Assembly: GCA_964016885.1 (NCBI GenBank)
Contig: OZ024742.1
Coordinates: forward strand, 304,544,001-304,608,000
DNA: 64,000 bases
Reading direction: 5' to 3'
Source: Eledone cirrhosa
Taxonomy: Eukaryota
The notes under the pieces are model-generated. The model was not told where the DNA came from, did not search any database, and saw nothing but the letters and a program-made list of their open reading frames with translations. Of the stretch, positions 14,901 to 29,618 are shown in pieces. A program made the position numbers and the translations under genes. How positions within the stretch are numbered: position 1 is the stretch's first letter; every line of letters begins with the position of its first letter.

Positions 14901-14913
14901 CGCGGGGGGGGGG

Positions 14914-15104
14914 GTATATGCACCATTAGGTGTGTTTGATTATGTATGCTTGTGTTACTGAATGTCTATATATGCATGTACACATATGTATTTCGTTTTC
15001 GTTTTATATATGTATGCAGCAAACATTATATTCAGACCTTTCAAATGTTGGCGAACAATAGTTAAATAAGGAATTTTTCCATAATATCCAGCCGCGTGCA
15101 ATCA

Positions 15105-15108
<4 letters not shown>
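14914..15108 (+). repeat. ~195-bp dispersed direct repeat, copy 2
   Basis: Matches 12213-12408. Confidence 0.92.
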
Positions 15109-15186
<78 letters not shown>

Positions 15187-16255
15187 CTGTGTGTGAAATG
15201 TTTGTGCTTATTAATTTTAACTCTGCTTATTAATAACTCCATTGTTACGTATATATATATATTATATATACATACGTGGATATTTACTAGAAATTTACAG
15301 ATATACATAGATCTATTGTTAAATTGTTTAAAAATGTATTTTTTCTGTAGATATAGAAAGGTATTATTTTTGTATTCCTGTTGTTTTTGAAAATGATTCT
15401 CTCTTCGGAAACTAGACACATTCACTTCATAGTTGCAGATACATACTTATATATCACATCTCACCGACACACACATAAACACAACCGCACTCACAAACAG
15501 CTATACACTCGTTCGAATTAACATACACACACTATAATATGCATCTATAATGCGAGTATTGAATATGGGTGTTTTGAATGTATATAGATACAGTGCGATA
15601 TACGAAATGGATAGTTATTCGTACGTTTAAATGCATATATTTACAAAGTTACATAAACACTTACATCGTATATCAATATATAGTTGTGCTTGAATAAGAA
15701 CCCATTGATAATTAAATAATTGCGATGTGAATATAACGGACCCTAGTTAGTTCACACTGTTGAAGCTCAATGAGGTAGAAACAAGAAATTGTATGCGAAC
15801 ATTAAAGGATTAGATATTAGGAGGATAAATATCAGGGCTGGAACGTAACAAACTTTTAATAAATATTTAATAAATAAACTTTTAATAAATATTAAGTGAA
15901 AAACTAATATGTCATTTTTTAATTGTAAATGAGAAAATAGACCTTCCAGCAAGTTTTTTTCCCGTGCAAGAGAGACACAAACAACTAATCAAATTTCAGC
16001 AAACGATGTTTTTTGATAAGTATTCTTATATAAGATATATAATTCATTTCTATATTTGCTATTTAATCCAATCGAGAGAAAGTATGTCACGTTTTATTTC
16101 CCTAAAGAGTTCACCTTTTAGTATTCTTAATAAGTGGCGAAAACAAATGAAAGATATCTGCTTAGAATTTCACTCAATGTTATCAAAGTGTTCTTTAATT
16201 AATTTGTTCCTCATGTATATCCCCAATGCACCGAAATATATATATTAACACATGC

Positions 16256-16347
<92 letters not shown>

Positions 16348-17093
16348 GTATATTGCGTATTATTGGAGTGAATTAAGACTTGTGAAAATTGTTATTTACC
16401 ACAATCAATTGATCAGGAAAGCGAAAATACGGTATTAATTACACAAACAGAATTATTTCTTTCTATAAAAAATGTGAAAGAACGAAAACAAGTACATTAA
16501 TACATGGCAAAAAATAAAATACAACATCAACAATATAGAAATAAAATCAACAACATGAAAATTAAACACCATCATGTAGATTTTTAAAAGCGATTACTTG
16601 TGTCAAGATTAGCATTTTAGTTCATATAAAAATGTCGTCAAGTCCGCCAGCCCATACAATATGGCAGCTGTCCCATTCAACAAACCTCTGATTATTTGAG
16701 TTAAAAAAGAGAAAAACCTATTCGCACGCAAACACTACTTGCCTAATAAGGTGAGTAAATATTTCGTGTAAGTAGAAGGTGTTAGTAGTTCGATTTGCAT
16801 TATCGAATTGAACGGAACAGCATGTTTATCCAAATAAAATATTTTTTAATTATCTTCTTGAAAATAAATTTTTATACAATGAAATACATTACCACACGTG
16901 CGAAAGTTCAAAGTAAAGGACTTTATTTTTGTTATATTCTGATATTTGTAGGGTAGAAAACTAATATATGTCAATTAGACTGATGCAAATTGGAAATAGT
17001 TTCATCTAACAGACTGTAAACGTGAGAAAATAGTTATCGTCCTCATTCTCTCCAGCTTAGCCTTAGTATATATATATATATATATCTATCTAT

Positions 17094-17324
17094 CTAAGGC
17101 GGGTAAAATTCCCGAGATCCGTGGACGAGTTCTCTCCAGCGGTCTCTGTCCCTCATTATCGCTGCCATGTCCTGCGTCTCCAACAGACCAGTGTCTGTCC
17201 TTAGGGCATCAACATACGTTAACCTTGGTCTTCCTCTTCTAGTGTGTCCATGTAGGGGCTCCCAAAGGAGCACTGAGTGCAATGTCAGCTCTGGATGTCG
17301 GTGAGCATATCCAGCTAACCTCAG
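17094..17324 (-). mobile_element. 3' end of an RTE-clade LINE ORF
   Basis: LRLAGYAHRHPE...LLWEPLHGHTRRGRPRLTYVDALRTDTGL...MRDRDRWRELV is a typical RTE C-terminus; (TAGA)n tail follows the stop. Confidence 0.88.
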
Positions 17325-17530
17325 CGACTGAGAGTACAAGAGTAAACCCCTGGACTGGACGTCAGTCTATCGCACGGTTAGGCCCTCATCTATTGTTGGT
17401 ACTCATTTTCAGCTGAGTATATTGAAGCATCGTGAAATGAAGTGTTTTGCTCAAGAACACAACAAGCAACCCAGGAATTGAACCCACCACATTATGATCC
17501 TAGAGCCAACACCTTTACCAGGACGCATTC
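17324..17530 (-). mobile_element. tRNA-derived SINE with CORE-like domain
   Basis: Minus strand: B-box ggttcaattcc, then tgtgttcttgagcaaaacactt (CORE-like); homologous to 34440-34690. Confidence 0.75.
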
Positions 17531-18061
17531 ATTCTGCATAAAGGTAAAGGTCATAGTTATGTCACTTTTTCATAGATTTGTATTTTTTTTTTAATTTATA
17601 CTCGAAAACTAAGAATATTGTATACCCTTAGGCTCGGTAATACACATTGTAAAAAGTTACTGATTAGAAAAATAATTCATTTAGTGTAATTATGTAAATT
17701 AGTATATTTCTGAAAAAATAGTATACATTTAAAAGAAAAATTATTTAGAATTATATTTTATATTTTCTAATTTTCATATTAGTTTGGGTGACTTAGTTGA
17801 ATTAAGTTTGAGTAAATCAACATTCACAAACCATCTATAGATAGGCGACAACTTTCTAAAGCTATTTATTAAAAAAGATATGGTGAATACATATGATTTT
17901 ATTTATTTGAGACGTTCTAAAACCCGAGAACTGCTTGTGTAATTATATATCGTTACATTTTCCCTACTGCTACTGCTATATGCATATATGTGGTGGTCAT
18001 ATCACAGCAGATTTGATATTCCATATAACAATAGGACCACACACACACACACACACACACA

Positions 18062-18102
<41 letters not shown>

Positions 18103-18103
<1 letters not shown>

Positions 18104-18424
18104 CGGCGATGAATTAGTTATATAAACAGACTAAATAAAAATGGCGTAGAAAATACAATGCAACGGGAGGAAACAGTAGCACCACTGACGACGTTGCAGA
18201 TGTGCAACGAAAGAACTTTGATAAACTATATATATATGTGTTTGTGTCTATATTGTATCTGTATAATTTTGACCGTTGGTCAGTCAATGGCAACATTGAG
18301 GATCGAATAAATTAGATTACCGATATAAAAGACACAGAAGCGAAAAGCCAAAACCAACCAAACAGTGAGTGTGTTCTGTTATTAATTCTGGCAATATTAC
18401 ACAAATATGACCCTCTCCAAGTAT

Positions 18425-18430
<6 letters not shown>
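18103..18430 (+). mobile_element. Solo 3' region (pseudo-LTR) of the PLE at 31933-33230, with an inverted terminal piece
   Basis: ~18120-18430 aligns with ~32870-33173; cggcgatgaattagtt (18104-18119) is the reverse complement of the PLE terminus 33214-33229; lies between (TA)n tracts. Confidence 0.88.
18180..18223 (+). ncRNA. Degenerate minimal hammerhead motif
   Basis: CTGACGA-c-GTTGCA gatg TGCAAC-GAAA-GaaCT-T; stem I weak (cacca/tgata). Confidence 0.5.
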
Positions 18431-18471
<41 letters not shown>

Positions 18472-18504
18472 GTAGAACGATATTTTATGTCTGTCCTTGT
18501 TAGA

Positions 18505-18915
18505 ACACCAAAGTTGCGAAGACTGAAACACTCGTCGTATCCGAGCAGCCTGCCCTGTGCACTATACATTTGAGTGAAGCTCCCTGTTGCATGAGCAGAA
18601 GTTCAAGTATCTCGGTGCCATGTTCACCAGTGATGGATGGCAGTAATGCTATCTTCAATTCGGTATTTGTGACATGCCTTAGCTATAGTGATGAATTTGT
18701 CTAATCACAGACAGAATACGATCGCAAATACAAGCACACGAAATGGTTGCTTCGAAGGCTTTTGGAATAACGTTACTCGATAAAGTGCATTGTTCGAATA
18801 TCACTGAGTAGAATATCACTATGTAGAGCCACTACCTCTCCGAATTGAGAGACCAGAGCTCCGATATTACGGACTTGTGTTTAGGATGTCTCAGGAAAGA
18901 ATCGCAGGACAGAAT
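18505..18915 (+). pseudogene. RTE (Expander/Rex3-like) LINE reverse transcriptase relic
   Basis: Fragments AKTETLVVS, KFKYLGAMFTSDG, TDRIRSQIQAHEM, GITLLDKV and VEPLPLRIERPELRYYGLVFRMSQERIA across frameshifts. Confidence 0.8.
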
Positions 18916-21900
18916 CAACGAGGCCATCAAACACAACTGAATAGCATGAAATATTCCTCAAATTATACTAACATGTGTTTTGTAATGGCCTAGCTCCCGG
19001 AGGAATAACGGTGGAATAACGGCGTGTTCCTTTCCACAAGCGTGGAATCTTGTTAGAGGGGGGGGGGATGTTTATGCGCAGACAACCAATGAACACTGCG
19101 AAAGATATCTGAAACCTTGTCGTGGGTTTAAACCAGATGACGAATTAAGATAGAAAAATGAGGCATTGCATATTGTTATCTTAGACTTACTATGTGGATA
19201 TTCGCGGATGGACGCTCTTTGGTCATGCAAAAGATTAGGCTTGATGTAGTGCTAAATATTTACAACAAAGATGTTGATTCATTTTCTATGATGCATGTAT
19301 ATTTCGCACCTACGTTCGCCTGATTTAATCTGGCTGGAGCCCAAGAACAGCAAGCGTATTGCATATACTTTCAGATGACTGATTAAACATTTGGAGAGAA
19401 GGTTTGGATAGCTTACCAATATGTTTGTTTAACTAAAATCGGTATCTTTAATTTATACCGATACATTTAGAAATTTCATTAGTTCAGTTGGTTCTTTCAT
19501 TATTAGTTTTTACTATTATCCCTGGTTATATTACTTTGTGTCTTAAAGTTTGTTTGTCCGTTTTAAGTACGAGCGTCTGTTTCTTACGTTATCATTCTAT
19601 TGATATATGAATACGCAAGTGCATTTTTCTAACATATTTCTGTATGGAGACATGTATGCTGAATCTGAGCAATGAAGAAGGAAATGAGTGGTGGAATATT
19701 TAAGACAACAATTACAATTACAATGACAAAGGAAGAACCATAATTACGATGTCAATCACAACGATGACGACTGTATGGTGGATCCGATAATATTGGAAAT
19801 AAACATTATAAAACCATGAATCCTGAAATATATGACATGTTGGTGACGTTTTCATAGCCTCGACTTTAGTCACATGACCGCAGTGTCAGAAAGATGATGG
19901 AATCCAGCGTTGATATAATAACGGTTTGGAGTAATTAAACCTCCTTTTCACAATAGAATCTATTTAGTAAGAGTGAAAATAGTATGTGGTTAGAGATAAA
20001 TAGGTGCGTGTGTGTGTGTGTGTATATGTGTTAATGTGCGTGCATTTGTAGGCGGTGCTATGTCTGAAGTGAAGAGAATGCATATCTACATAAAGCACCC
20101 AATAAAAACAGCTGCCATGAAAACTCTATTGTATAAGTGTGAATAGATTCAACGTTATTAAAAAGTTGATTACAAAAGGTTTACTTAAAGGATCTATCCT
20201 TTGTCTACTGCTACAACACACAAGATAAAGTTACAGTTCGCAATTTGCGATCGTGTTGATGGGGTGAGGGACTTCGACGGAAAAATATCGATTTCCTTGT
20301 TGTTAATGAACCAATTTACTAGAGTGCTAAATTACTGCTGTCGTAATATGATAATATATGTTGGTTTTATATGGTTTTATTAATTCTGTCTATGTCACCA
20401 GACATGCTGATTACCACAGTAGATACCGAACTCAAAGGAGAGAACTGGGAACTCAAGACGTTCATTATGAAATATATATTCCTTTCAGCAGTATGTATAT
20501 AAGACCAGACTAAATAACTATGTTTTCACAATGTCATTAGTAACAATTATCAAATCCTTACCAGCTTCCAACCATATAACCTGCAATCACTTTTAGAAAG
20601 GACTGTTGGAGTGTTTACCCTTCTATTGCCCTTTAAAAAATTCGATATATTAGAGCTTCGTTGCCTGTATAAGTTTTCAAACTGATTAACTACACGTTCC
20701 ATTATATCGTAGTAGGATTTGGTTATCTATAATTTAGATGAGAACTTTACGAAAACATTAAAAGTGATATATATATATCTGCCCTGATGTGTATGTACGT
20801 ACCTAAATATGTACGTTCGTTTGTGCGCGTGTATGTATATATACGTTTGTGTATATGTATATTTTTATGTATGTATATCCGTATGTCCGGATATGTTTCT
20901 AATCATAGTAGTATGTAGGTTTACTTGTATATTCGTATGTATGTATGTATGTATGTTTGTATGGTTATATATCTAACTGTATGAATATATCTTCGTTTGT
21001 ATGCATATGCATTATGACATCACAGATGCAATATTAGAATCCATGTTTCCTGCCTCCAGAATTCGAATGTATGAATAAATGTCATAGAATATGTATTCAA
21101 ACACTTCACTTGATAACACAATGTACAAGAATTTCTCACAAATAATTAAATTCATTGATCATTCATTAAAACATAAATGTGATCATGGCAGATGAAGAAA
21201 TTTGCATAAGTAATGCATTTGTCTCTGAGCTTATATACTTATATATATATATCGGTGACATGAGATGTATGTCAGGTAAGTTCCTCAATGCGAAACATTT
21301 CTTGTTATTACGTTATATGATCTACTTGAAGAAGGTTTAAGGTGTTACATCTCTATGAAGAGATGTGTAAACATCAGGCAGTGGATTTATTTATATCAGG
21401 CGTGGATTCATACGCTTGCTCAGCCTACTAAAAAATGCAGCCTAATTTCCCTATACGTCAACATCTTATTGGATATTGTAATTACTAATATCATGAAGAT
21501 AGTGTGGTCAATGCTGACAGAACCGACAACAACTACGTAGAAATATATATTGGTTCACGTGTCTATTTCATTTCTAAGATCGTTTTGGCTAGAAAGTTTT
21601 GATCTTCCTATATTCAGCTAATAGGCTATCAACTAATTGGCTATAATCATAGTTTCTAAATGCTTAAAAGCTTTTAGCTGTATATTCAACATTTTTGAGT
21701 TTGCCTTTCGAAACTTCATAACTAGCATATGGAGAAATACGCTTTTAATCATATAGATTAGATTTTAATCTGAAGTAGCGAGAAGGGTTGTAAGCCTATA
21801 TATCCAAATTATAAACAAATGCTAGATGCTGAACATACTAAACTGCGGGTTTAATCAGTAAGTTAAACTTAAATGACTTCTGTAAAAACAGCAGAATTTT

Positions 21901-22472
21901 CAGTGAATATTTAAAGATATACATACTACATTATGTGCGCAGATTTTCTTTGTATTCAGGAGTTTAAAACAATATTCGGCGCTTGATTTGCTACCAAGGA
22001 TAACTATAAAACTAAAATAAGTATAAAATCTGTATATGTATATCCACTCTACTTGAAATGAATTAATTTTAAGCAACATTGAAGTAATTAGAAATGTATC
22101 ATACCGATTAGTAGACGGGAAAGCTGGACCAGCTAGGATAGGCCAATAATTTCGAGGAATCCGTTCGTTTATTCTATTATGTATCTTTTGAGTATATACT
22201 GTATACTACATATACATGTAAATATCCGTAAATCACATGTATGTAGCTCTGATTACGAAAATATCCAATGAAAGTATGAAATAGGACCACCATTTCACAC
22301 CAAACTTGGCCAAAAACCATATATCACAAAATATTAATATAGTGACCCCATAATATTTGGGTCTTTGAATTAGAGCAAGAGCTAGAAGCTTGAGAGAGAT
22401 AAAGAGATTTTTTTTAGGGGGGGTTTAATTATTATCGATTTAGATACATGGATGTGTTGTGTAGTAACGAAT

Positions 22473-22560
22473 GTGAGTGCCCCAGAGTACAAACGTCTGA
22501 AGTGAGTGCCCCAGAGTACAAACGTCTGAAGTGAGTGCCCCAGAGTACAAACGACTGAAG
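22473..22560. repeat. 3 x 29-bp tandem repeat
   Basis: gtgagtgccccagagtacaaacgtctgaa at 22473, 22502 and 22531. Confidence 0.95.
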
Positions 22561-22801
22561 GCCAGTGGTGGTGCTCAGATGAAGATATGAGGAAAGAAAT
22601 TTTGAATAGGTATCAAATAGATAGGAGTAAGTTAAGAATATGATATGTACACACATACATACATTTTTCTATATTTGAGACAATCTAATTTGAACATAAA
22701 GAGTTTGAGAGAGAGTATAAACTGTATATATAAACACATAAATATACATGTATGTGTGTTTGTGTGTGTGTCATAAGTATATATAAATATCTATATATCT
22801 C

Positions 22802-22836
<35 letters not shown>

Positions 22837-23484
22837 CGAGAGAGAGAGAGACAGAGAGAGAGAACGAATTGTATTCGAAATTCGTGTGTGTATAATCACA
22901 TTTCAATCAATTTTCTGCTCATTAGATCAGATATTACTTCGGGAATAGTTTTGTATCAGGCTTCTGTCAAATATGTTAGTGTTAGTCATTTTCATCCGCA
23001 CGTCAAAATGTACATTTTTTTCTTTTCAAACATTTGTATATAAGGAAGCATGCACGCACGTATTATATATACTCGACGAAAACTGCCTGCAGGGCGGCAC
23101 TTCTTCTAGTGTTATTAAATACCAGATAGTAAACTTTACACAACAAACATCCGTATCTCAAATAACAAACATATATATGTATAACACATTTATTAATAAA
23201 AATAGCTACACTTGCACAAAGCTTGCATAATTCATAAGGTATCATATACATGTGCATTTTCTGTCCTCTCTAAATATCTTGGAGAGGCCATAATCTTGTC
23301 ACGTGTGTGCCAGTGTCTGTTCAGAATATCCTGTTTCTCAGTAATAGGTTCTGAAGAAAGAGGCTATTTCATTACAAAGATTGCTAGTCTCACCTCTAAT
23401 GGTGCAGTCGTCAATATATTTTTTTCTAGCACGATAGTCATTGAGTGGAGTGTTCGAGAGTATTTCATTATACGCATCTAAAGT

Positions 23485-23748
23485 CTAAAGTCTCCCTCGG
23501 GCCCGGAGTCTCATTAGGTCGGTGCTTCAGCAACTGAAATTAGAGGACCCAGCCGCCTGGACACGACGCCAGTTTAACACACCGTTAAACCTCTAGTTAC
23601 TGCTGGTTCTCATTTTCAGCTGAGTATAGTAGAGCAGCGTGAAATAAAATATTTTGATCAAGAACACAACACAAAGCCCAGTCCAGGAATCGGACCCATG
23701 ACATTGTGTTCATAAGTCCTAGAAACTTACCACTAAGCCAAAACATTC
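23485..23748 (-). mobile_element. CORE-like SINE
   Basis: ctcattttcagctgagtat...caagaacacaac...ccaggaatcggaccc matches 17324-17530. Confidence 0.7.
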
Positions 23749-24054
23749 AGTTTAACAGTTTAACTACTGGTTACAGTTGTAGAAATGGAGGAATCCTGCA
23801 ATACTGAGATATTATAATCGAATATGCTATCTCCAAACATAGAAATCAGTATTCCTCGTGTCCTAGGGTGGTAAACTTGCATAATTTGTATTATTCAATA
23901 AATTGTATAGTGATATGTAGTTACGGATGCCTACGATATCCGTTCAAATCTCGCCAGTAAAAGTACAAAAAAAAAAAAATTGACATTAATCATTCAGCGA
24001 TTCGATATGATAAGTAATACTAATTTATTGGGTTTTTTTAAAAACAAAGTTGGT

Positions 24055-24280
24055 CCCAATCCCGGACGATCATCAAATCAACGCATATCCCGGTTCTATA
24101 GGGCATGAGCGAGATTATAAGGCGGGACACCAGCTTACATTGGCACGCTTTTCAACCGACAGTAATAGAACGTAAAATGATGTTTTTGCTTAAGAATACA
24201 GTGTGCCACTATGTCCAAGAATTGAACTTATAACATTATATTCCTGGGAGCTATACCCAAGCTACAAGTCCATACACCTT
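24055..24280 (-). mobile_element. Degenerate CORE-like SINE
   Basis: gcatatcccggttcta...tgtttttgcttaagaatac...ccaagaattgaac. Confidence 0.5.
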
Positions 24281-25367
24281 AAATCTATAACTCTCAACGT
24301 GAGGTCTTGTGTCTATGTTATCAATCAATATTAATGATGACATTCACATCAGTATTATAGGGAATGATTTTAACCCGGAGTGAATAGGAAACCGGCTTTC
24401 CAACCGACATCCTAATATATCCGTCAGCCATAACTCTGATATTTACATTTGCACATGTTTGTTTGTTTCATTATTTCATTTATTTATTTATTTATACAGA
24501 AACATTGATTTCTCTTTCTACCGGCCTTTTACAAATACAGTTCCTCTCGTTCAAATCGTATTCGCGTACATATAAAAAAAAAGCCGTAAACGTTCGCACA
24601 GGCACGCACATAGAGATTGCACCATAGAAACACATGCACATACCTTAATCTTCCTTTCTCTCTCTATCCTTCTGACATTCTCTCCCCCTTCTCTCGTTCT
24701 CTCTCTTCCCCATTTTTTCTATGCTCATTTAAATATTTATTCCTTTCAAACACGCAGAAATCCACGTTCTCCTTTATCACAAACACAGATTCAATAAAAG
24801 ACACGCTCACATATGCACACATTCATACACACCTACGTACACTCAAACACGCATGCACACACGTGCATTTCATCCCCCTTTCTTTGTTCCTGTCCTGTCC
24901 CGTTGTGACCTTTGGCATTCACTCTCTACTTTTATAGTGTTCAAACACGCATAAATTCTTTTCCCCTAAACCCTTTCGTTTTAAAATATCCGTATTATCT
25001 CCCCCACCCTCTCATTCCCCACTTTTCCTCCTCTCAGTGTGATCTACCTATCAATATGCCATTCCCCCGCTTTCTCTCTCATTAAAATACTTTTGCACTC
25101 GTACTTCCTTTTCAAAATGTAATTTTCAACTCTCGCTCCATGTCTAGCCAACACATCAATACATTTGCACAGACACACACAAGCTCACACTCATATGTGT
25201 AGCAAGGCAAGAAAAAATTCAAACTAAAATAATGGGAGTGTTGTGTATGTGTACCTAGGCAAACACGTCCACACACACACACTCTCTCACACATACACAC
25301 ACACACATATATATATATTTTATAACATGTTATCCATGTGCAACCTTCAGTATTCTTCTCCCCATTT

Positions 25368-25404
<37 letters not shown>

Positions 25405-26737
25405 AATATATATGTATATGTATACGTGCAGCTATATATTGTTTTAGTTAGAATTTAACTTGCTTTCAGTGGTTCTAGTTTTTAAACATTCTATAACTCT
25501 TTTAACTATCACACTTACACACGCATATTTCTCCTTTTTCCACAACGTTTTATTCTCTCTATATACCACCAATCCATATCTCTATTCCTCTCTCTATTTA
25601 TATGTTACCCTCTGAGGCCAAACTTTTACTACATCTGCATGCACCCTAACATTCTAACCCTTATCAGTTATGCTTTGCCAGGCATGCGCCCACTCACTCC
25701 CACACGTTTTATTACCATCTCCTTTTTCCCCTTACTCCAGCTTTCCATCTCTCATCTCACCTCCTGCTCTCCCTGTCTTTCTCATTGTTAGCACTCTTCC
25801 TCTCTCCACTCACTCGCTGTATTACACGCACACATTTACATCATGTACATACACGCACAAACACACATTTAAAGTTATACATCGATGAGCATATGCATAC
25901 ATATTTATTATTATGTTATTTTTTGTTAGTTTTTGCCTTACAGTTGTCTTCTCTTCAACTTTCAAATTCTCATATATTTTCGTCGATTCAATCAATTATA
26001 GTCGTTTATGAGATTTCTTTCAAGCAATAATATCAGGATGGAAAAATAAAATTAATAAATAAGGAAGAAAATAATCATTTAATCCTGAACAAATATTCAT
26101 GGTGTCCCATTTAAAAAGCTATAAGCTTCTGAAAAATCTCTTTGGTTCTGGACCTCCATCGCCTTTTGCGATGAGTGCACCAGTTGATCAAGCAACGGAA
26201 GCGTCTACTTATGAAATAAATTTGCAAGTGGCTGAGTATTCCACAGACAAGCGTAACGTTAACTATTCTCAGGGAGAATTAAATGTATCGACCATCTTAC
26301 GGGTTTCGAAATAATTTATATCTACCCAGTTTCACTCACTTGGCAGTGGTCTTCTGAACGCTACGGTACATGACACTATTTGAAGATGCCTTGAAGTGGG
26401 GACGAACAAGTGAACTAATGATTGCGAACCTCTTAGATTCTTAGCTATTCTGCGTCCATTCTATCAGCATCTAGAAGGAAAATGAATGAATATGTTATTG
26501 ATAATGTTAAAATAGATATTATAGAGAAAGAAAACATCAAACATGCAGTATTTATTCCATGTTCTTAAGTTTAGAATTCAAATCTCACTGAAGTGAATTT
26601 TGTCTTGCATTAATTGTTCCGGGTTACCATAGCTATGTATCCATTGGGTGCCTTTTCCGTAGAGTGTCCTTAAACGTCAACTATTTGAAATGTATGAATG
26701 TTGTGGTTATGTTAATCTTTGTGTTAGGATTAGGGAT

Positions 26738-26857
<120 letters not shown>

Positions 26858-27002
26858 ACGTCTCGTAGTTTAGCGGTTCGACAAAACAGCAATCGATATC
26901 AGGAGGTAAATACATGGTAAAAAAATAAATCTTAACGTTATAATAGGTAAAAATCATTGCGGCGCACCAGGACTACCACAGATTTCTGACGGACCCATGC
27001 AG

Positions 27003-27064
<62 letters not shown>

Positions 27065-27065
27065 A

Positions 27066-27096
<31 letters not shown>

Positions 27097-27114
27097 GTGT
27101 GTGTATGTGTGTGT

Positions 27115-27174
<60 letters not shown>

Positions 27175-27329
27175 GTTATAATAAGAGTAAAAGCGTCTGT
27201 TACTCAGATGTCTCCGTTTTGTGAGATGAGAATTATACAATAGTTCTTTCAGGCTAAATTGATATGTTTGTGCGTACACATATAAAAAAGCAATATCAAA
27301 TTTAGATAAATTCTATAAGTCTTAAGTTG

Positions 27330-27572
27330 TCCCAAGCCCGGAGGACACTACACCGGTGCTTACACCGGTTTGCTCGACTCTAAGCGACTGAGAGTTGAAG
27401 ATGTCCCCTTGAAATGATGTTACTCCATTACTGGTTTAAACCCACAACTGAGTATGCTGGAGCACTGTGAAATGGAATGTTTTGCTCAGGAACATGAAAT
27501 ACAACCAGGTCCGGGAATGTAACCCACGACATCATGATTATAAGTCCAACACTGTAACTATCGGGACACGCA
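27330..27572 (-). mobile_element. CORE-like SINE
   Basis: aagcgactgagagt...tgttttgctcaggaaca...ccgggaatgtaacccacgacatcatgat. Confidence 0.65.
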
Positions 27573-29085
27573 TCTTCAAATATAGATACATTGCGCATGT
27601 TTTTTCTTCTGTATAATTCATACATAAGACAGCTATGCTTTGAAATATTTTCTATTCGGTCTAATTTAAGTATTATTTGTTGGATTAATTTTATTTCATT
27701 TTACTCTACACATCCTTTTAAACACTCTTATTTATTTAGCAAGCTTTTCGCTATGAGAATATATGAATGCATATGTATATAACATCTCCATCGTTACACG
27801 CATACGTATATATCTAAGTGTATACTCTTTAGAGAAAACGCTGATAATGGAATCTTAAATATATTTATCGACTGATCAAGAAAGCATTGGATATGTAAAA
27901 AACACATTTCTTCAAAATACTTAGATTTTAATAGGACGTTGTAATCAATGCTGATAGAAATGGCGTCCAATCGTGTTCCATTGTTCGAGAGATTCTGAAA
28001 TCGCCCATGCATTAGGCAAGTACTTATATCGCATCTAGTGTGTTGGAAAGAGTATAGTATTTTCACATTAAAGAATTATGCGTTAAATAATCTGAATTTG
28101 GAAAAGCTTCTGCGATAGTTTTCTCATGGAATGTGTCTTTAGAAAAAGTTTGACAAAGAGATCAAATAATGTGTACGATATTATTTTCAATGATTGCGAA
28201 TATGGGCTGTGGGGATGGCTGTAGTTTTGTTTACTGGCTATGTTTGGGGTGGATATTGATTTAGGTGCTGTTGTAGGTGGTGGGAGCATTAATGGTGCCA
28301 CCATTAGTGAGAAGGATGACTGAGGCAAGGTATTTGTGACAGTATTTTTAGTAAAACTAGTATATATGTATGTGAGTTTTTACAATATTATCCTAATATC
28401 CATTTTATTTATACCCATTCAGCACTCCATAGAACATATAGTAATATTATTATCTATTAGAGTGAGTGGTTGTGCTAATAGTTGTGATAATTCTGTTGAT
28501 ATTTGTAATGGTTATGTTTGTGATACTGTTAGAAATTAGAGCATTTGTGATTGCCGAGGACTGGAAATTGTAATAGTGGTTATTGTGATGGAAACCATAT
28601 TTTATTCGAAGTATATTTAGTAGTAGTAGAATTGGAGGTGATGGGCATAGTAGTGGTTCTAGTTGCAGTAATGTAGTTATAGTAGTAACAGCAGCAGTAG
28701 GAGGCGTTGTTCAATTGTTGTTCAAATAGATAGTATAAAGCAAATATTGGTATGGTTGATGTTAATATGCATAATATAAGTTAGGAATTTTTAATCAGTT
28801 AAAATGACACTGTAGGGAGAAGAAAAAAAAACGAGTTAATTTTCAATGGATTGCCTCTTCCTTATCTAATATATCCCAGCCCCGCTGTTTTCTCTCGTCC
28901 TTTTTATTAGTTTACTCCTTTTCTTAAAAAAGAATTATTTTTACCATTGTATACCTCTGTTCAAAATTCAGACAAAGCATTGTGTAAAATGAATAATTTC
29001 AAAAAATAACTGAAATTTAAAAACAGCGTTATTTTATAATGGTAATGAAGTCCTGTGGTACGTAACAGTAGTAATCTTGTAATAA

Positions 29086-29300
29086 ATAATTGTTTCTATT
29101 TTAGTCACAATGTCAGCAATTTGGGGGGAAGAGAAAATCGATTAAATCGACCCCAGTACATTACTGGGTCATTATTTATCGACCCTGTACGGATTAAATG
29201 TAAAGCTAACCTCAGCGAGATTTGACTTCAGAAAGTGAAGGGCGGTAACTGAATACTATAAAGCATTTTGTCCGACGCTCTACTGATTTTGCCAATCCAC
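29086..29300 (-). mobile_element. tRNA-derived SINE (Deu/Nin-like central domain)
   Basis: aataattgtttcta...tttatcgaccctgtacggat...gatttgacttcaga; same family as 36991-37170. Confidence 0.7.
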
Positions 29301-29618
29301 GAAGTGTTATGCGAATTTAGACAAGCCACGTACTTTCATACTTCTCTGTAATAACACTCTTTAAATTCTATATAATCTGTCTTATTCGTAATATTAGTGA
29401 AATAAATGGTCATAATTAGTGATCAGCTAAAGATGAGTCGAGAATCACTAGTTTAACTTGATGTATTCTCAGTGTGATTCGAACTTTCTCAAAATGTCAG
29501 AGATCTATGTGTGCTGCTTTGGTCTAAATGAAAACATTAAAAGCGGGATTTTAGAAAAATAAATATTTGGCGATCCTTTAACTAAGTGAATCATTGCTGT
29601 ATTTTCGCTAATGATTCT

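Noticed and set aside
16747-16757. Consensus splice donor AAG|GTGAGT
   Set aside because: No supportable exon or downstream acceptor and ORF
22473-22560. 29-bp repeats of CRISPR-like length
   Set aside because: Head-to-tail with no spacers, eukaryotic context, no cas genes
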